A stretch of DNA of 63,463 nucleotides, filler included, from Craspedostauros australis (taxonomy: Eukaryota): NCBI GenBank assembly GCA_030167865.1. It is 9 parts of 9 records of this genome, joined end to end, with 100 filler letters (N's around TTAATTAATTAA, not from the genome) between each part and the next. Parts side by side here need not be neighbours in the genome. Positions count along the whole stretch, not along the records: positions 42,553 to 47,412 come from JALAGF010004401.1; positions 47,513 to 55,208 come from JALAGF010004403.1; 7 more parts are not named here. One strand, written 5' to 3'. The translations under genes and the position numbers were made by a program. Below are positions 42,922 through 54,149 of this stretch, in pieces; position 1 is the first letter of the stretch, and each line of letters starts with the position of its first letter. The notes under the pieces are model-generated. The model worked only from the letters and a program-made list of their open reading frames with translations, was not told the origin of the DNA and made no database searches.

Positions 42922-42947
42922 GAGTACTCTGGTCGTCGAGTAATTAG
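42553..42947 (+). CDS. 3' end of the RNI-like/LRR-type gene of 45981..47412 (partial copy carrying the stop codon)
   Basis: Same translation as the end of 45981..47412, continuing …LHCLGVLWSSSN-stop. Confidence 0.7.
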
Positions 42948-43242
42948 AACAGCGCATGAAGACAGTATTGATACTCTGGTGAATGTGAGTGTGTTGTTGT
43001 ACGAGTGAGATGGAAAAGGGAGATGTTTGGTTGATTGGAAGGTTGGTTGGTTGATGGATTGATTGATTGATTGGGAGGTGTTCACTTGTGATTATGATAA
43101 TGATTGTGATTGAGTGTTGTGGTTGGTGAGAAGTATGGAATGTCTGGATCGGACGAGTGTGGCTGGTCCGTCAACAACAAGCGAAAGCCGTCCACAGAAC
43201 CTATCTGCATCACACCGCGATTTCACACCGCTCCATACATCC

Positions 43243-45060
43243 TCATATCCTCGGAACAGCAGCATCCAGAAAGATCTTCTTTGCAACGCTCGTCTTGTCC
43301 ATGATGAAGAAGCACACATCCCGGAATTTGGCCAACGGTCCTCACAAGGCCTTCAGGTATCCCATCAGACCAGGGTTGGCCATGCTGGACGTGATGGTCC
43401 CGATGGTGGACCATCGCTTGTCCATGTATTCTATCTGCAGGATGTCTTTGAGGCTGTTGCCACCATTGGCTTGTCCATTGCACTGCATGGTGTACTGCTG
43501 AATGGCGTCGATCAGACAGTAGGTGTCTTGGATGGCTTGATTGGTGCCCTGTCCAAGGAACGGTGGCATGACGTGCGCCGCATCACCACAGACAGTCAGG
43601 ATGGCGGCCGTCTCCACATCTGCGTCTTTGCAAGCGTTTCCATTGCGGTTGCAGTCGCGATTGCGATTTCAGTAGGTGGCCACCATCGCCTTGGTCCATC
43701 ACGCAAAGGGATTGTGGAGGTAGATCCCCAACTCGAAGAAACGATCGGCATTGTCGATGAGTCGATCGATGATGGGCCTGATGGTGTGCGTGGGGATCTT
43801 GGCATCATCGATCTTCTGTCACATCTGCTGCTGGATGCGCTCGGCCTCGGATCATGCCTTCCAAGGGACGCTCTCGTCATCCTTGCTGGCAGTGGGCCTG
43901 GAGAAGGGGAAGGTGTTCCGGAAGATGATGAAGCAGCCTCTGGTGGTGTCGTGTTTGATACCGTTGCCATAGTTGCCAGTGAGGCAGTAGGCGCCGTTGC
44001 CAAAGTGTTGATGCAGGATGGAATCTTGTTCCATTGTGTTCATTCAGTCACCGCTACTCCTGCTGCTACTCCTGCTGTTATTCTCGCTGACCTCTGTGGC
44101 GACATCCTGGATGGCGTACCGGATGCGGATGCCAGAGTGCACAGTCGCCGAACCTGCGTTTGTTGCCTGCTGAAGACCGCACATTTCCATCACCACTGTC
44201 ATCGCCATTACCATTGCCACCACCAGCACCGTTGATGTACTGCTTGACGACGCTGTCGACACCATTCCAGCCCTCCACCATATCGCACCAATACGGCCCA
44301 TCCCTCGTTCCATCTTCAAACGCGAGATGGATGGAATCTCGCTCTTCCGTCTTTTGACATTCCACATCCACCACCTGCTTGTTGAGATGCACGGGCGTCA
44401 CCTCCAGCGCCTCCTGCAGCGCCTACTACAGCGCTCTCCGCATGATGGAGGAGGGTACGCCATGGCCTCGCCTTCCTCCTGGATCAGCGCTTTCGTCGTG
44501 GCGTCACTCCACATTCATGATCATCTGTCTGGATGAGATCCAGTTGGTGGTCTTGGAACTCACGGTCGTCGACGGCAGCGCGCCATCGGCCGCCGCACGC
44601 TACAGGGACGGAGAGATCTGCTTCAGCACTGACATGCCTCCATGCCGCCGTTGTCGGAATTTCTCGAAAGCCTGCACCAGGAGAGACCAGCGCTGCCACC
44701 GCCGATCACGGCAATCTTCCGTATTGGTTGGTGGTTCCCACTCCCATTGCTGCTGCTGCTGCTGCTGCTGCTGATTCGCTTCTGCGTTGGGGTGAGGATG
44801 ACGGGGACGACGGCGATGACCGTGAGTTCGTTGCCACCACCATGCAAGCGATGCAGATGGCACCAATCATCCTCTTTTGATGCATCGACGATGCCATTGG
44901 TTTCACTGTAGCCATTGGTGCCATTGCTGTGATTCTTCTGGTTGCGGCTGTCTCTGTGGTTGGGCAATCAATGAGTGAGGAACCAAGTCAACCAGCCGGC
45001 ATTGTTCGAAGTCTCTCTCAAGAAGCAGAGAGAAACGAGAGAGAGTATTGGTATACGTAC
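43243..45060 (-). pseudogene. FAD-dependent monooxygenase (group A, salicylate hydroxylase/zeaxanthin epoxidase-like) pseudogene
   Basis: Motifs occur in the right order but in different frames: KIAVIGGGSAGLS (~44720), a decayed DG motif DMVEGWNGVDSVVK (~44270), SGIRIRYA, and GDAAHVMPPFLGQGTNQAIQD (~43560). An in-frame TGA at 43342-43344 precedes …KFRDVCFF…KIFLDAAVPRI-stop. 5' boundary approximate. Confidence 0.8.
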
Positions 45061-45980
45061 TCTGTGGATAGATGCTTGGTGCCGACGGTGATCGTCGTTG
45101 AGCGCCGCGGTTGTGGTTGTGGTTGTGGTTGTGGCGATCTGCATCAGTATTCTCAGCGGCGATTTCTGTTGCGCCACCACCATCACTGTCGTCATCGTCA
45201 CCGCCACCGCCACACAACGAATGGCTTCCCGTGCTATTTGTCGTTCGCGACGATTGGATGAGGCGAGATGAGTCCTGGATACGTTTGTTGTCGATTGAAA
45301 CACGAGTGGTGTCATGCTCATCATCACCATCGTCATGTTCTTGACAAAACGCGAGAAAAGTCTCTGATGCCCAGCAAAGAAGCCATCGTGGTGGGTTCGT
45401 CGCATCGCGGATCTGCCCATTGGAGTCGTTCGATAACATGCAACTCCCGAAGAAGTGTATCGATCGGAGTGGTATCGTGGTTGACTCCCCCCAAGACCAT
45501 CACAGAGGGATGTACTATGGTATCACATGAAGAGGCACAACTGCACAGCGTGGCCAAGTTGGGCATCATCGAAGGTTGTATCGTGCGAGCGAGCGAGCAA
45601 GCCAGCTTCGGATCATGATGTGGCTGTGCACGGTCGTACCATGCCATACTATACCATACCGAACCACACCACACCATACACCGTGGTGGAACTGCGCAAG
45701 TCCGTGCAGGCACGTTGACTGACGACACGTTGCTTCGTGATCAATGCACAGGATCATGAAATGGAGGACATCAAGCTCGAGCAGATGAGCTCACAATCGC
45801 CATCCAAGCGCAACTGATTTGGGACCACACACTCTGCCTGCTCTATCAGCTCTACCTGCTCCACTCGCCAACAGGGACGACCACCAACAGAAACAATCAG
45901 CAGCAACAGCAACAATCATCATCAGTAACAATCAACAACAATCAACAACAATCGGAAACGACAGCGACAACAAGAAAAGG

Positions 45981-47412
45981 ATGAACCACAACATGGATAC
46001 TGTCGCCAACACCAATACCAACAGCGATCATGATCCAGACTTCAAGACTTTCTGGAAACAACTCCATCGAAAAGAGCTGTCACCGAAGACCGTGTTCAAT
46101 ATACAGAGTCATCCAAGACAGCAGATCGACTGCTACAGTGTCACACCCAAGCGGACGGAATACTGGGACATGGCCATCGAAGCAGGATTCACCTTTGCTG
46201 ACTTGGAATCGATGGAGCGGCGGCACAAACACGTTGCTTTATCACCTCGTGTTCTACTGAGCGGTGCGTGTTACAGAGGCTGCGGGTGGATACGTATTCG
46301 ATCCCTGAATCTGAACTTCGGCAGCAATGACCAATTCGGAGAAGAAGACAAGCAAGCCATTCGCTTCGTACTTCGATTGGCTGCCAAACACCCGCCCAAA
46401 TTTCCATTCGACGAAGGCATCTACTTGACTCGGGGCTTCGTGAAGATGAAGCAGCTCCATGATATCCCTCTTGTGACACATCGTGTGCGTTTGTATTCAT
46501 GTGATCTTGGTGATTGCGACAAGCTCATGTTCAACATCTCCCAAAACTCCAAATACGTTGAGTTTAATAATTGTAAGCTCGCCAATGGGGGCGCTGATTT
46601 GTGCAGATGGCTGTCTCCAAACAATTGTAGCGTCACCGAAGTATCCTTTTTCTACATCCGAGTCACTTGCGATAGCTTGGCAAAGCTATTTCAGTCAAAC
46701 AAGCGCATCAACAAGCTCTACATCGATTTCGGTCTGGTCTTCAGCGCCGGACGAATCTACTCACAACAAGAAATCGACCAGATCATCAAACTTCTTTCAG
46801 ATGCATCACACCTGAACAAGCTCAAGGTTTTCAATTTTTGGATTGGGCCATCACAACAACAGCAGGATACACGGTTCGACTCTTTCATCTCGCTCCTGGG
46901 AAACAAGGGCTTGTCATCTCTCAGATACAATCCCTTTGAGGATCCCAGCATGTTTGAGGTTGCGCCCGAGATCTTCTCGGCACAAATGGAAGCACTTCAG
47001 CAAGCCTTGGAGCAGACTACCCAACTCACCCATCTCCACATTTATCGAGACCCGCCTGACGAACATGTCCATTCGTACAATGCGCTTGTTGAATGCAACT
47101 TGCGGCGAAATCATCGCAACAAGGTGACAGCAGTGCTGAGTTCCCTTCCGACATGGTCGCGGCCACTGGCCCTGTTTGGAGAGATGCTGATGAGAACAAG
47201 CAAACGTCGTGGTCCAATGTTTGAAGAGGGTCTAATGGGTACAATGGATCCTACGAGCGAGACTTTCAACATTCTGCTGCAGGGCAGTGAGACGTTGAAA
47301 CAGGCGTGGGATGACAAGAGAGAGGATCGGCTCGTCCGAGTTGATGATGCTTCTGCTTGCGGTGTGGAAAAGAAAGGCACATCGATGATTGATGCGATCC
47401 TGCATTGCCTTG
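45981..47412 (+). CDS. Divergent RNI-like/LRR-type protein (3' end runs into spacer)
   Basis: Long open frame with degenerate LRR strands (IRSLNLNF, VTEVSF, INKLYI, LKVFNF, LSSLRY, LTHLHI) and a C-terminal NLRRN…LALFGEML…TFNILL segment like diatom RNI-like families. Confidence 0.65.
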
Positions 47413-48222
47413 NNNNNNNNNNNNNNNNNNNNNNNNNNNNNNNNNNNNNNNNNNNNTTAATTAATTAANNNNNNNNNNNNNNNNNNNNNNNNNNNNNNNN
47501 NNNNNNNNNNNNAGTGAATGGTAGTGAATGGTAGTGAATGGCAGCGGAGGGGCGAGCGACAAGGGACGCGCAGGCGCCACCCGTCCGCACCTGCCGAGGC
47601 GCCGATGGACCAAGGCCACAAACGAGAACGAAGCAGGAAAAGACATGATGAAAGTGAGGTCTTGGTCTTGGTCATGTGCGAGTCAAGTAGGAGTCAAATA
47701 CTCCACTCTACACTGTTGTATTAGTATGGTGTGGTATCATCTTGGACGGAGGGGATGTTCAGGTACTCCATCCATCGGTACTTCGACTACCTCTCCTGCA
47801 CTCTCTTGTGGCTCCACCGCTGCATGCTCACTTTGTGTTCTTGGTTGAGTGTCGCGGACAGCGTCCATCTTGGTTTGGATTCGGCCGGCGGTTGTATCGG
47901 AGTAAAGGAGGTAGGTGGATTCGCGTTGGTGCCATCTCATGTCGACTCACTGCAACTCACATACCAACCCACGTACCAACCCACGTACCAACCCATGCCG
48001 AGTCGTACTCGTACGAGCCATAGTACAGAATCACATCGGATAGTGTGTTGTTTAATGCGCAGCACCATCATCACATTCAACTCAGCGTTAGATCAGCATG
48101 TGTTGAATCGACTTCGATCACTTCCTTATTCTCATAATTCGCAAACGCCGAGCAACAACAAACCACAAGCACACAACAACAACAACTCACCACCCAAACA
48201 CAAACAAGCAAAGTAAGCAAAC

Positions 48223-48951
48223 ATGACTTTCCTCACCATGTCCCGATTCGCCCTCGCCGCTGCATTCATTCTCAACATGACAGCAACCACCACCATGGTG
48301 TCTGCCGCCAACGAACTCATCGTCACTTGCCCACCATCAAGCCTCCCCAACGAGAAGTGCACTGTGTACCGCATGGAAGCCATCCGCGGCCTCATCAAGT
48401 CGATGATCAAGACCTGCGCCGGCGAAGGTTCCGACCATCTCTTCGATGACACCATCCTCGCAGGTGGTCCACAATACATGGGAAGCAGCCATCCAGGAGA
48501 TCGCCGCAACCTCGACGAAGCAGCAGACCACGCCAGTGACGTCCGCGCCGCTGTGCACAATCATCACGCATCCAACCTGCGCGGTGGTGCCGCCATCGAT
48601 GAGGTTGCTCCACAGGAGCACAGAAACCGCCGCCGTCTGCAGATCTGCGAGCCATGGGTGCCGCAGATGTGCCACACCACCGACGCGGTCATGCAGTTCA
48701 CCTGCTGCGTCTATTACTCCGATTGCAACTATTGCGTCAACTACCCAGGAACCCGCCGCAGATTGCAGGACGAGGATGAAGATAAGGAGAACGACGAAAG
48801 CGCAGCCCCAGTGGCCCACATCGCCGACTACACCCAGAGGATGGCGGAGACCTGCACCAAGGCGTACAAGGAACTCGTGACCAGCTACCCGGACTGTCTG
48901 GGAGATGCCGAGGAGGCTGCCTGTCACGTGGTTGACTTCAAGATGGACTGA
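48223..48951 (+). CDS. Secreted precursor protein with RRRL-flanked 6-Cys peptide
   Basis: 242 aa: signal peptide, RRNL, NLRG, and two RRRLQ sites bracketing QICEPWVPQMCHTTDAVMQFTCCVYYSDCNYCVNYPGT. The N- and C-terminal flanks each carry three Cys. Confidence 0.8.
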   Translation: MTFLTMSRFALAAAFILNMTATTTMVSAANELIVTCPPSSLPNEKCTVYRMEAIRGLIKSMIKTCAGEGSDHLFDDTILAGGPQYMGSSHPGDRRNLDEAADHASDVRAAVHNHHASNLRGGAAIDEVAPQEHRNRRRLQICEPWVPQMCHTTDAVMQFTCCVYYSDCNYCVNYPGTRRRLQDEDEDKENDESAAPVAHIADYTQRMAETCTKAYKELVTSYPDCLGDAEEAACHVVDFKMD

Positions 48952-51242
48952 GCGCATTCCGGGTAGCATCGTCGGTCATCGGCATCCATGAAGGAAGCGT
49001 TTCTCGGTCTGTTTCCTCCACCTTCAACAATACACAATACAGCACCAGTACATAAAACGGAATAGATACATAAAAATCCAAACAAACGTACGCACATTCA
49101 CGCATACTTACACATGTGCAAGACCTGTGCCAATCATGCGCGTCCGCTATGATCGTGATCTTGTAAGACTGCTTGGTTGCGCTTGTGGTTGCGTTTGTGA
49201 CCGCAACCGTGGCTGTGACTGCGGCGGTGTGTGGTCGGCAAATCGCAAGCACAAGCGCAAGTTGCAGGCATAGATGCAAGCACAGGCACAGGTGTACGTG
49301 CAAGCGCAAGGAGCCTGATGGCGAAGACCCAATGCATGATCTCCCGCACAATCAAGACCAATACGGTTCTGCTGATGTGTACATTGTCGGAAAGGTTTGA
49401 GCTGTCTGAGTTGGTTGTTTGGTGATGGCTGTCGGATGCAAAGAAAATGTGGTCGCCAGGCACTCATCGCTTGTTGGGAGAGCGTGTGTCACTTGTGAAA
49501 GTCATGACATGTTGGCCATTCGTGATGATACTTCTATCACATCACTCCCAAGTCGTTTGCGGATGCCTGTGTGATCTTGGGGGGTTGGATGTTGATGATC
49601 CGCGGAGTGGCGATGGCTGCAGAGTGGAGCCGATGCGACGAGTGATGGCGGAGTTAGTTCCGGCGATGATGTCATTGATGATGTCATTGATGAGCGACAG
49701 CTGAGCCGGTATCACAGGAACACCGCAAAGATTGAGATCCGCACGGAACGGGAGAAGAAAGATGGGAGCACAGAAAGACAGAAACAAGGACACACAGACA
49801 CATGAACACAGAGACGCACAGAAGTCCAGGTCCCCCGTTTCTCTTTTCTCTTGTCTCTCACCTTTCTCCACTCTCGTATGTATGGCACAATCGCATCCAT
49901 CCATCCATCCATCTTTCCGTCGTACCAGCCGACCATCCAGTGAATGCAGCCTCTGCAATCTTGTATACGGGAATGGTCGCTACCCATGGACCATTGGAAG
50001 CTTGGTGGAAGAAGATGATGGAAGGATGATGGCAATGGATGACGATGGGTGACGAATGACGGTGAATGATGGTGAATGCCGATGAATGGCGTGATGCCAT
50101 CTCATCAACAAACGACCGGGACGTGAAGATCGTCAGAACTTGTGACGTCACCCTGTTGTGCCTGTTGGATCAGCGCAGACTCATTGAAGAGTGTCCTTGT
50201 GACTCACTGTCCATGGAGCTGGTCGGAAGTGTCGGCAGCCTTCACTCATGCCTTCGTTTCTGTCGTTGCGAGCTGCCTTGTAATGTGGTTGGTCGGACTT
50301 GTTGGAAGCTACACTTGAAGCGCCAAAGTAGATCGTCCAATTGAAGTCCAACCTATCGAATGCCTCCTGATCTGCCGTACCAACAGTGTCACTTCGAGCT
50401 ATCAGTGCCACTGCCACTGCCAACTCCAACAACATCAACTGACACAGTATCGCCCATGAATATCTTGTCTCCTCAACTCCATCTGCAACTGGGCTGGCGA
50501 CGACAACGACAACGCGCGCAGCCAAAAGAACGATTCCTTTCAACTACGCAAATGGCGCGGCCGCATCTGCAGTGGGGATGTCATCCCAACCAACGGTCTC
50601 TTCTCTCTCCCTTGTTACCGTTTGTGTGTTGCCCAAGATTCCTTTCGCCGTCGATGTTGGTGTTATTGTGGGTGCGTGTTTTCGTTCGTGTTCCAACTCG
50701 ATCTTTGGATCTTTTGACTTTCCCAAATTCAAATTTGTGGAGGGAATCTCGGATTCGCAGATTCGTGATTCTCACGGCACGAGGTCCTGACACTGACACC
50801 AAGAGGTCTGAATTGTTCCACGTAGAATTGATACTGCGGAGAGAAGTGCGTAAGAATATACTTAGTCCCTCGTAGATCCTGGTTGAGTCACATGAGACAT
50901 TTTGATGAGTTTGCAAATTTCCTTTAGAAATTCTGCTCATTTTTCTGTGTTCGATTTCGTGATGTGATTTTGACAAATCATATCTGACTATCGACACGAA
51001 TGTAGTTGTGCCGTCCGTGCATGAGTATGAGAGAATAACGGTGAACGATGCACATACACATATGCACATCCTGACAACCCTTCCTATTGGTAACTAGACT
51101 AGCCCTACCAGCCCTTCTGGCTCCACAGTAAGACCACTCACACTCTATGTTTATCCTCCCGCTGCAGGGAGACAGCATTTTCCTAGTCGCCAACATGGAA
51201 TGATGTTTTTTGAGGACTCGAACCCGCGATTTACCATTTTTC

Positions 51243-51412
51243 TGTCAGTATCTGTGTGTTATAGTAGATGCCATGATGGTATTATAGGATGAGGATCGGA
51301 GAGGTAAGAGATGAGAGTTTATAAGGACAGGAGACTGACCGCTCTGTGTCTCCGCCTGTATGAGGGCCTTGTGGACTGTCTGTCCATCGTCAGGTCCATG
51401 AACATGCCAACA
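51243..51412 (-). mobile_element. LTR (170 bp) related to 12474-12638; no target-site duplication
   Basis: Same TGTCAGTAT…ATGCCAACA termini and alignable core (GGATGAGGATCGGAGAGG…CTCTGTGTCTCC…GAGGGCCTTG…CGTCAGG). TTATAAA is present on the minus strand. Flanks TTTTC and GCTAC differ. Confidence 0.75.
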
Positions 51413-51527
51413 GCTACAACATTCTGGTCGTAAGGCGCAGCGGAATGGAACCACTCTGCCTGCCAGGCCACCTCGGTCGTAACTGCTACTATCTAGATAC
51501 AAATACCTGTTCTGACACATATGATGA

Positions 51528-54149
51528 TTAGAGTACTTCACAGGCAGATTGAAATGGCCCAGGGCAATCCGTGGCTGCGTCGTCGATTACGTACGTCTCG
51601 CTGGCTGATGCACACAAGACGAGTGCGAATGCGCAACGGGAACAAGTGGCGGTTACTGTGCAGACTCCGGTTCTGATGATGACGTCATTGGTTGCCGAAA
51701 AAGTGTCGGCAATGCCGCTGCATGTGCCAAAACCCGAGCAGGCACCAGCTTCGATGGTCATGCTTCCTGCAAATTTGATATCTTGAGCCCTCCCACGAGT
51801 ATGTGTCCTGGCGCAAGCGGAAGCCCCTTGACACGCATTCTTTCCGATGAAGACACTGGCCACAACTGGTGTCGTGGTTGTAGACCCTTGGTTGCTGCGC
51901 CGCGCAATGGCTTGACATCCATCGCTTGTATCGCATGCTCCTTCTTCTATTCGTATATCGCCAAAGGTATTAAGTCCAAGAATGGGGCAACTTGTTCTCT
52001 CTTGGCAAGCTCTTGGTCCGATCACCCTGAAACCGACTTCGGCACCAGCAGCTGGCTGATCTTCGAAGAAATTGCCCAACCGAAAGCAGGCACTGTTTCC
52101 CTTGCAACTGTCAAGTATGATTGAGTTGCGACGTGCATGGCGGCAGGCGCTCTCCCCATCGCATGACCCTGAGCTCACCGTGATGACACCCTCATTAGGA
52201 GGATCAGTAGTGCAAGCGAGACGACCACGGCAGCATGAGTCATTGCATGCCTTCGTCACCACAGACGCGCTCCCAGTGAAGAGCTTCGTGTTCTCCTTCG
52301 CGATCGCCAACAATGCGTTGGTCACACTTCCGTCATTCTTGATCTTATCAAAGCGCTTCTGCGCCACCTCCAACGTCACTGGCTGTGGAGGGTCTTCATC
52401 ATTGCATCCAAAGATGCTCTTGATCATTTTACTCTTCCCCTCATCAGTCAGAGAATTAACCATGGAGACGAAGCCCACGCATGTGCCTGTCGCACCATCG
52501 CACAACACGTCACCAGTGATGAGATTGAACGTTGATGTGTTGTTACCTGGTATTGAGAGACATCCAACAGTCAAGGATGCCGATGTGGGAGCTGATGTCG
52601 GAGCCGATGTGGGAACAGATGTGGGTTCAACCGACACGGTAGGAAATGGGGTGGGAAAGAACGTCGGACACTCCGTTGGCAATGTGTCCTTGCCAACGCA
52701 ATACTCATCCACCTTGTCACCTGTTGGAAGGAAGTTTGTGTCTCTGCCTCCCTTGGGACAGGCTTGTTCCGCATCACTGATGAGATATACCTCATCAAAG
52801 TTGCACTCTGTCTTCGTCATGCATGCCCAGCAGCTCTGAACACCGCCGCAACCACCAGGAGGGACAATGATATCTGTCCTCATCCTGTCATTCAAGCCAA
52901 GCTTCTCGCATGAGCCTTCATCATCACAGCCACCATCGCCAATGGTCAGGCTTCCTGCAATCTTGCCACCTGGAAAACGACTCACGGTGGAATGGGCATC
53001 CTTGCAGGCATTGATGCCAATGCACGCATTCGCCCCAATGTCGATATGGCTGCGGAAGCGAAATGATGGTGCCTTCTGCACAACTCGGCGTCCAGTGGAA
53101 TTGCATGCCTCTGACCCAATGCATGCACCGGTCTGGATGGTCACATCACCATGAGAACGGCGTCCCACTCCCTCACAAGATTGAGGGGTGGTGCATGGCA
53201 TCTCGCCAACGAAGGTGACTCCTGTGATGAAGGAATTGATCTCATTCTCATTCATCAACTCGCATGCACTCGTGCCAGTGCAGGAGGAATCGAGAATGAG
53301 AGGGTTCGGTCCCATGTCCTTGCAGGCACTGTCACCGGTGCATGCTGTGATGGCGATGGTCATGAATGGAGGAGAGTTGGAGGCAGAACCGGTGACTGAG
53401 GTGCATCCCGATGATCCTTGGCAGCATGGATTGGCGACGGATGGAGATTGGGCCATTCCGATGGTCATACATGCCTCCTTCATTGCATCAGGTCGTTCGG
53501 TGACGAGGATTGGGTTCGTGGCAGCAATGCGGGTGAGCTGCTCAGCAAGCATGTCATCCGATGCGTACATGTTGAAGAGCTTGCGAGCAGCTCCTTCTCC
53601 AAGGTTCCCTGCGCATCCGAAGAAGTTCTGAAGTTCCTTGGATTCCTTGACAGCAGCTACAGCCTCACGGCATGATGGCTTGGCAGAGTTGCAGATGATG
53701 GTCTTAGCGCTTGCCTCTTGTGGCGTGAGGATGGTGGCACCATCGGGCTTGCAGACAACGGAGATGGTGGAATCGAAGTCCATCGGAGGAGCTGATGGAG
53801 CTGGAGCTGGCGGCATGGTCGGCGATGAAGTCGGAGAGCGTGTGGGATCGATCGTTGGATGAGCGCTTGGAATCCATGTGGGCATGATGGTCGGACCTGC
53901 AGCGTCCTTGGAGGTTGAAGGCATTGAAGATGGCGGATTGGAGGGATCCAAGACGTCGTTTTTGTTTGTTTTGGCACCCTTGTTGTTGCCAACGCCGACA
54001 GCAGCCTTGATTGTTCGAGTGGCTTGCAATGTCAAGTGCATTTCATCCGCACCGCTCGTGGCCTCTTCTCCGTTTAGGCGCGCTTCAGCCACCACCATGA
54101 AGGCAACAAGGAGAGTGGTGACGATGATTGTCTTGGTGTGGATTATCAT
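51528..54149 (-). CDS. Large secreted protein with two PTS-linker + Cys-rich repeat modules (mucin-like architecture)
   Basis: ATG at 54149 (MIIHTKTIIVTTLLVAFMVVAEA|RL); 873 aa. Two homologous halves, each a PT/PS linker, then V.C…C…FGC…A.K.F…IA..N…AC…CC.G..CT, then repeated I/V-x3-[AS]C-x-G-x2-[AS]C units. Confidence 0.85.
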   Translation of the reverse strand: MIIHTKTIIVTTLLVAFMVVAEARLNGEEATSGADEMHLTLQATRTIKAAVGVGNNKGAKTNKNDVLDPSNPPSSMPSTSKDAAGPTIMPTWIPSAHPTIDPTRSPTSSPTMPPAPAPSAPPMDFDSTISVVCKPDGATILTPQEASAKTIICNSAKPSCREAVAAVKESKELQNFFGCAGNLGEGAARKLFNMYASDDMLAEQLTRIAATNPILVTERPDAMKEACMTIGMAQSPSVANPCCQGSSGCTSVTGSASNSPPFMTIAITACTGDSACKDMGPNPLILDSSCTGTSACELMNENEINSFITGVTFVGEMPCTTPQSCEGVGRRSHGDVTIQTGACIGSEACNSTGRRVVQKAPSFRFRSHIDIGANACIGINACKDAHSTVSRFPGGKIAGSLTIGDGGCDDEGSCEKLGLNDRMRTDIIVPPGGCGGVQSCWACMTKTECNFDEVYLISDAEQACPKGGRDTNFLPTGDKVDEYCVGKDTLPTECPTFFPTPFPTVSVEPTSVPTSAPTSAPTSASLTVGCLSIPGNNTSTFNLITGDVLCDGATGTCVGFVSMVNSLTDEGKSKMIKSIFGCNDEDPPQPVTLEVAQKRFDKIKNDGSVTNALLAIAKENTKLFTGSASVVTKACNDSCCRGRLACTTDPPNEGVITVSSGSCDGESACRHARRNSIILDSCKGNSACFRLGNFFEDQPAAGAEVGFRVIGPRACQERTSCPILGLNTFGDIRIEEGACDTSDGCQAIARRSNQGSTTTTPVVASVFIGKNACQGASACARTHTRGRAQDIKFAGSMTIEAGACSGFGTCSGIADTFSATNDVIIRTGVCTVTATCSRCAFALVLCASASETYVIDDAATDCPGPFQSACEVL

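Noticed and set aside
43114..44235. 373-aa plus-strand ORF
   Set aside because: It is antisense to the FAD monooxygenase pseudogene, whose motifs are on the minus strand.
51203..51238. tRNA gene suggested by GGTTCGAGTCC on the minus strand
   Set aside because: No cloverleaf can be built because the anticodon arm and acceptor stem are missing; reported only as an LTR-adjacent motif.
36473..54149. Functional linkage between LHCX, the monooxygenase pseudogene and the secreted proteins
   Set aside because: They lie on different contigs separated by artificial spacers, so adjacency is unproven, and the monooxygenase is disrupted.
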